A stretch of DNA of 64,000 bases from positions 160,001 to 224,000 of the forward strand of contig OZ242358.1 in assembly GCA_965208835.1 (NCBI GenBank), read 5' to 3'. This document shows, in pieces, positions 59,733 through 64,000 of this stretch. The position numbers and the translations under genes are program-made. A model generated the notes under the pieces. The model ran no database searches, was not told where the DNA came from, and saw only the letters and a program-made list of their open reading frames with translations. How positions within the stretch are numbered: the stretch's first letter is position 1; each line of letters starts with the position of its first letter. This DNA is from Candidatus Latescibacterota bacterium (lineage in GTDB: Bacteria; Latescibacterota; UBA2968; GCA-2709665).

Positions 59733-61283
59733 TTAGGGTTTGGGGTCAAGGCGCAATTGAGGCTGCGATAGTCCGCGTCCAACGGCGCCGGGCGTATCGA
59801 AGCGTTTGCCTTCGAATATGTCCTGCACGGTCAACAGCTGGAGCGCAGGATACGCGGCTTGCCCGATACGCACGTCTCCCGCCTTGCCCATCTCCCGCTT
59901 GAAGTTCTGTGTTTTGCGCTCTCCAAGCGGTTCCAGAACGATCAGACCGCCCATCATGGCGAGGTCGTTTTCCAGAACGCCATGTAGGGCGCGCAGGTCA
60001 CGGATACCGACATTCTTGCCGCCCTTCACTTCGATAGCCATGCTCTGGAGATCCGGCTTGCCCGGACAATCGAAATACAACCGCCCATCGATACCGCCGT
60101 CCGCCGTCCGCTTGGTGGTCACAAAGCCGTCTACTTCCTCAACCGCCCACTTCTGGAAGTGGTATGTGTCGCGCTCCCACAGATGCCGTGCGCCTTCCAG
60201 ATTGCGAGGCACGCCTTCAATCGTGAAATCTTCGTTTTCGACCAAAGCCAGCTTGTCACGCAATCGAAGCGCGGCAACTCGCTTGATTGCGTGAATTGCA
60301 ATATCAATTCCGATCCATCGCCGTTTGTGGATATGAGCTGCCTCAAGCGTTGTAGCGCATCCACAGAACGGATCAAAGACCACATCGCCCTCGTTTGTAC
60401 TGGCCCTGATGATGCGCTCCAGCAATTGCATGGGCTTTTGAGTCCGGTATCCCAGACGTTCCTTTGCCGATTGATTCAGTATACCTATATCAGACCACCA
60501 ATCTTCAAGCACAACGCCTTTTTTTTCGTCCAAGTAGTCACGCACCACTAAGTCCGGTCGCTCGGTTTCCCATTTAAGATCAACGTCTTTCGCGGAGCGT
60601 ATCGGACTACCTGTAATTCCCCGTCCCTGCAACCGGTACAAGCGCCCGTTTTCGTCTTTGTGCTTGTATTTGGCAACCGTCACGGGAGAAAGCGGGCGCA
60701 TGACGTTCTCGTGATTGAACCTGTATTGCTCTCCGTTAGAATAGAACAGGATGCAATCGTGTTTTTTGCCAAAGTACCGCTTCGGTTGTGGTCTGGTCTT
60801 GTAGCACCAGACAATTTCATTTCGGAAATTCGAGTGTCCAAAAATCCCATCCATCATGACCTTGATATAATGGCTTGCGGTGGGATCGCAGTGGAGAAAG
60901 ACCGATCCAGTCGGCTTGAGGATCGATCTCAAATGAAGCAACCGCTCCACCATGTAAGACAGATACGCCAAAAGCCGGGGATTAGTCTCCCGCAAGGCGT
61001 TCATCCACAGCCGCCAGAAAGCCGCTACACTGTCTTCTATGCCCGCTTCGCGCATCAGCACGGGCATGGCGCGGATCGCCCGCTCTCGTTCCTCGTCGAG
61101 CGTCCACAGGTCGCAGAAAGCGTCTATCTGATCCGGGAGCGGTCGTCCGGTTTCATCTTTGTAAATCTGATTGTATTCTCGGTTGGAGTTGAAGGGAGGG
61201 TCAAGGTAAATCAGGTCTACGCTATTTGACCGCATATATTCCTGCATCACGGTCAGGCAGTCCCCATAATAGAGGCGGTTCAT
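59733..61283 (-). CDS. Beta-class N6A/N4C DNA methyltransferase fused to a PD-(D/E)XK/Mrr-like domain
   Basis: IYLDPPF precedes TQKP and FDPFCGCATT; C-terminal DGGIDG...IEVKGG; ATGA overlap with the transposase stop. Confidence 0.88.
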   Translation of the reverse strand: MNRLYYGDCLTVMQEYMRSNSVDLIYLDPPFNSNREYNQIYKDETGRPLPDQIDAFCDLWTLDEERERAIRAMPVLMREAGIEDSVAAFWRLWMNALRETNPRLLAYLSYMVERLLHLRSILKPTGSVFLHCDPTASHYIKVMMDGIFGHSNFRNEIVWCYKTRPQPKRYFGKKHDCILFYSNGEQYRFNHENVMRPLSPVTVAKYKHKDENGRLYRLQGRGITGSPIRSAKDVDLKWETERPDLVVRDYLDEKKGVVLEDWWSDIGILNQSAKERLGYRTQKPMQLLERIIRASTNEGDVVFDPFCGCATTLEAAHIHKRRWIGIDIAIHAIKRVAALRLRDKLALVENEDFTIEGVPRNLEGARHLWERDTYHFQKWAVEEVDGFVTTKRTADGGIDGRLYFDCPGKPDLQSMAIEVKGGKNVGIRDLRALHGVLENDLAMMGGLIVLEPLGERKTQNFKREMGKAGDVRIGQAAYPALQLLTVQDIFEGKRFDTPGAVGRGLSQPQLRLDPKP

Positions 61284-62173
61284 GCGAAACACCCGCGCAT
61301 GAACGAATCAAAAGCCTGTTCATTCTTCCGGTTGTTATACTTCCAGCAGGTTTCAGCGACATACAGGGGCGTAAAGTGCTTGGAATAGTGATGATGGGAA
61401 CCATACCATGCCCGCTTCAGCAGACTCCAGACGCCTTCAATCGTATTCGTGTGAACGCCATTGCGGGCATACTCTTTGGCGTGGTCAATGACTTGATGGT
61501 GGTACTTCTCGGAAGCCGCGTTATACGCCTTGTAGGCGTCCGTCATCAATACCGAACCATCGGGATCGACCGCGTTCTTGATGAACGCCATAACGCCACG
61601 ACCGGACAGATCGTCTGCAACCTGCGCGACAACCTTGCCGCCTCGCTCAACAACGCCAATTATCGGGGTCTTTTTCGTTCCGCGTCCGCGTTTGTTCGGG
61701 GGGGGGGTACCGTTACCAGAATTACGCTTGTTCCGCTTGCGAGGCTTGCCGCCTACATACGTTTCGTCCGCCTCAACAATGCCCTGCAACAGCAGGAAAC
61801 CCTGTTTGCTGGCCATCTCGGAACGAATACGCTGCTGGACGTAAAGGGCGGTCTGTTGAGTCAACCCCACGTCCCGCGCCAGCTGTGGGCTTGATACGCT
61901 CTTTTTCGCGTTCAGCATGATACCGATAGCCATGAACCATTTTTGCAGGTCGATCTTGGTTTTCTGGAAGATCGTTCCAGACAGGACGTTAAAGCTGGAT
62001 TTGCAGGAATGACAGTTCCAGCGTCCTATCCGCTCCCCGTCATTCTTGCGCTTACACTCTCCGACTACGCCACACAACGGGCAAAAGGGCTCATCGCCGA
62101 ACCGTACCCGCTCCAAGAATTCAATGCAGGATTCCTGTGTCGGGTATTTGCGGAAAATCTGGTGAAGGTTCAT
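61280..62173 (-). CDS. IS1595-family DDE transposase
   Basis: Zn ribbon CPLC..CHSC, GTIFQKTK, VEADETYVGG, LMTDAY, HTNTIEGVWSLLKR. Confidence 0.95.
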   Translation of the reverse strand: MNLHQIFRKYPTQESCIEFLERVRFGDEPFCPLCGVVGECKRKNDGERIGRWNCHSCKSSFNVLSGTIFQKTKIDLQKWFMAIGIMLNAKKSVSSPQLARDVGLTQQTALYVQQRIRSEMASKQGFLLLQGIVEADETYVGGKPRKRNKRNSGNGTPPPNKRGRGTKKTPIIGVVERGGKVVAQVADDLSGRGVMAFIKNAVDPDGSVLMTDAYKAYNAASEKYHHQVIDHAKEYARNGVHTNTIEGVWSLLKRAWYGSHHHYSKHFTPLYVAETCWKYNNRKNEQAFDSFMRGCFA

Positions 62174-62218
62174 GTTGTCTCTCCGGTGGGGGTTATGTGT
62201 TGTGTCCCTGTTACTTAC

Positions 62219-62247
62219 AATATAACACAATCCGCCCACCTTGTCAA
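62219..62247 (-). promoter_or_regulatory. Sigma70 promoter of the transposase-MTase operon
   Basis: Minus strand TTGACA-17bp-TATATT with extended TG; -35 overlaps the inner end of the TIR. Confidence 0.8.
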
Positions 62248-62267
62248 GCCCATATCTTGTATTCGCG

Positions 62268-62512
62268 TTTCTATTAAAGAAAACCTGGCCAAATCATCGA
62301 ACTGGGAAAGAGAAGTGTGACAGCCACCATACTTGATATTTATGGATCGGCTTTCAAGATCACACCCAACGAAATTCCGGAAATCGACCTTGCCGATTGA
62401 AGTCCTGCCCAGGTTTCAGGATTAACTGCACCCACAACTTTAATACTCAGCCAACCAAAAAGAGAAGAGGATCTCACAAGACAAATCACCATTTATGAAA
62501 ACGGTGATTAGA
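62268..62512 (+). pseudogene. Possible AT-rich 3' remnant of an unrelated gene
   Basis: Frame reading PGQIIELGKRSVTATILDIYGSAFKITPNEIPEIDLAD*SPAQ...YENGD*, followed by a terminator; no family recognised. Confidence 0.3.
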
Positions 62513-62541
62513 GAATTTTCAGACAACAGTTCTATCATGAC

Positions 62542-62574
62542 AAACCCGGAGAGTCTTCAGACACTCCGGGTTTT
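62542..62574 (+). terminator. Intrinsic terminator-like hairpin
   Basis: AAACCCGGAGAGTC-TTCA-GACACTCCGGGTTTT. Confidence 0.7.
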
Positions 62575-62887
62575 GATCGCTCCGGCCAATCGTTCGCAAA
62601 TTTGACTTCAAAATAACTCCACAATTGACCCGGCAGGTCTTCTGGCTCCTCTAGTAATCGAGATAGCCGGCTATTCGGGCGTTTCCGCTCTCGCATCCGG
62701 ATTTATTGAACCCACCCGGCCTGGTGTGTGTCTTTGTACCGTGAGAGGCTGAATCTGGTGCTCGGTTTGGGCGCAATCGCGCATGGGTCACGCTTTGTTC
62801 CCAATGTCATCGCAAAAGGTATGGAGTCGCGCAGGAGTTCAGACAGCCCGGTGGCTATCTTGTGGAGTACGAAAGTGAGGGTTCCAT

Positions 62888-64000
62888 ATGAACGGGTTCA
62901 AGCACTATTTGATTGCATCGATCACGATTGTCGTTTGTTTGGGCGAAGGTCCGGCCGAAGGATCGACTGCAAAGGACATCTCACGGGTCGATAGCACGTA
63001 TAAATCAGGGCTGGCCTATCTCGAATCCGGGAAATATGAGAATGCCGAGAGGTGTTTTCAGGCGGCACTGGAGTTCAACTCGAAACATGCGCCTTCTTAC
63101 GTCGGGTTGGGTCATGTCTATTTGAAGAGAGATGAACTGGGGCTCGCTGAAGAGTCTTTCCGAGAGGCTCTCCGAAAGCGGAAGAACTACCCTCCAGCCC
63201 TGAACGGACTGGGTCTCGTGTTCCGCAATACAGAGAAAATGTTGGATTGGGCAATCAAGTATTTTCGAAGTGCGTACCAGGCGGACCGAGGGTACGTGGA
63301 AGCGTACTATAACCTGGCCCAAACGTATCATGAGATTGGCAATTCAAAGGCACTGGATACGTATAAGAAACTGGTTAAGATGGTCCCGGATCATTCGGAT
63401 GCGTGGTTCCAGATTGGGAAAATTTACAAGAATAGAGGCGTGGGTCGGGCTCAAAATTCCCACGAAGCCGAGATAGCATTTCGGAGACAACTGCGAATTG
63501 ATCGACACCATTCAGGGGCGAAATTACAACTTGGTCAGGTGTTGAAAGAAGCAGGACGCACGGATGAAGCATTTGCGATGTTCAAGGCAGTCGTGGATAC
63601 GCCCAATGCCTATCAGCGGCGCGCGTTCCTGGAACTGGCGGAGATGTATCAGGGTGCGCGGGACCACGATCTGTTTGATGCGATACTGGATGCTTACCTG
63701 GAGGGTCTGCCACTCAGCGAGCAGGCACTATACTACGATCTAAGCCTGGTGGTTGTCAGGGACGAACTGTCCCGCTTCCAGGCGACGCCGGATGAAGAGC
63801 GCAAGGCGCAGTCTGAAAATTTCTGGGCGACTCGGGATCCTGCGCCGGTGACGGCGGCCAACGAACGGTGGATAGAGCACTGCCGCCGGGTGGCGTATGC
63901 ACGGGAGCATTTTAGCGAGTACGAATTCCCCTGGGACGTACGTGGGGAGGTGTATGTACGTTATGGAAGGCCCGATCACATCAGTGCGTCGGAGAACATC
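62888..64000 (+). CDS. Secreted TPR-repeat + GWxTD-domain protein (3'-truncated by window edge)
   Basis: Missing from the ORF track because it has no stop in the window; signal-like MNGFKHYLIASITIVVCLG, TPR repeats, FWATRDPAPVTAANER..RVAYAREHF..WDVRGEVYVRYGRPD. Confidence 0.88.
   Translation, partial: MNGFKHYLIASITIVVCLGEGPAEGSTAKDISRVDSTYKSGLAYLESGKYENAERCFQAALEFNSKHAPSYVGLGHVYLKRDELGLAEESFREALRKRKNYPPALNGLGLVFRNTEKMLDWAIKYFRSAYQADRGYVEAYYNLAQTYHEIGNSKALDTYKKLVKMVPDHSDAWFQIGKIYKNRGVGRAQNSHEAEIAFRRQLRIDRHHSGAKLQLGQVLKEAGRTDEAFAMFKAVVDTPNAYQRRAFLELAEMYQGARDHDLFDAILDAYLEGLPLSEQALYYDLSLVVVRDELSRFQATPDEERKAQSENFWATRDPAPVTAANERWIEHCRRVAYAREHFSEYEFPWDVRGEVYVRYGRPDHISASENI

Larger units (their letters stand above)
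59712..62267 (-). mobile_element. IS1595-family transporter IS with passenger gene, 2556 bp
   Basis: Perfect 22-bp TIRs CGCGAATACAAGATATGGGCTT (59712-59733) and AAGCCCATATCTTGTATTCGCG (62246-62267); outer boundary uncertain by ~2 bp. Confidence 0.92.

Noticed and set aside
59712-59902. Novel C-terminus of P5 (RIQDMGF...)
   Set aside because: Read-through into the IS end, antisense to the methyltransferase

Overview
High-GC bacterial chromosome segment next to the likely replication origin. The lineage is plausibly Latescibacterota/FCB-like; this is inferred only from gene content (GWxTD-TPR protein, CocE/heparinase genes, many orphan MacB-like permeases). Bases 1-30.5 kb are mostly housekeeping: dnaN, recF, DUF721, gyrB, gyrA, hom, tRNA-Asp, mfd, surA, S4 protein, methyltransferase, ftsE, ftsX, envC-like, nrnA-like, argF, tmk, S41 protease, ATP-grasp protein, larE, def, PHP, pncB, moaD, moaE and glutaminyl cyclase. 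Bases 30.5-42 kb hold hydrolase, lyase and oxidoreductase genes plus an inserted ABC-ATPase + TOPRIM-like (DUF4276-type) pair. Bases 42-60 kb hold a sigma54 two-component system facing a -24/-12 promoter upstream of five tandem double-MacB permeases with no ATPase or adaptor gene, separated by spacers built from REP-like modules. The fifth permease is cut by a 2.56-kb IS1595-family element with perfect 22-bp TIRs carrying a methyltransferase/PD-(D/E)XK-like fusion gene. Other notable observations: a GyrA C-gate-like helical insertion in the S41 protease, a MoaD whose Gly-Gly terminus is masked by a tail, and several MITE families that supply stop codons or UTR sequence to core genes. All calls come from motif recognition by eye; no searches were run.
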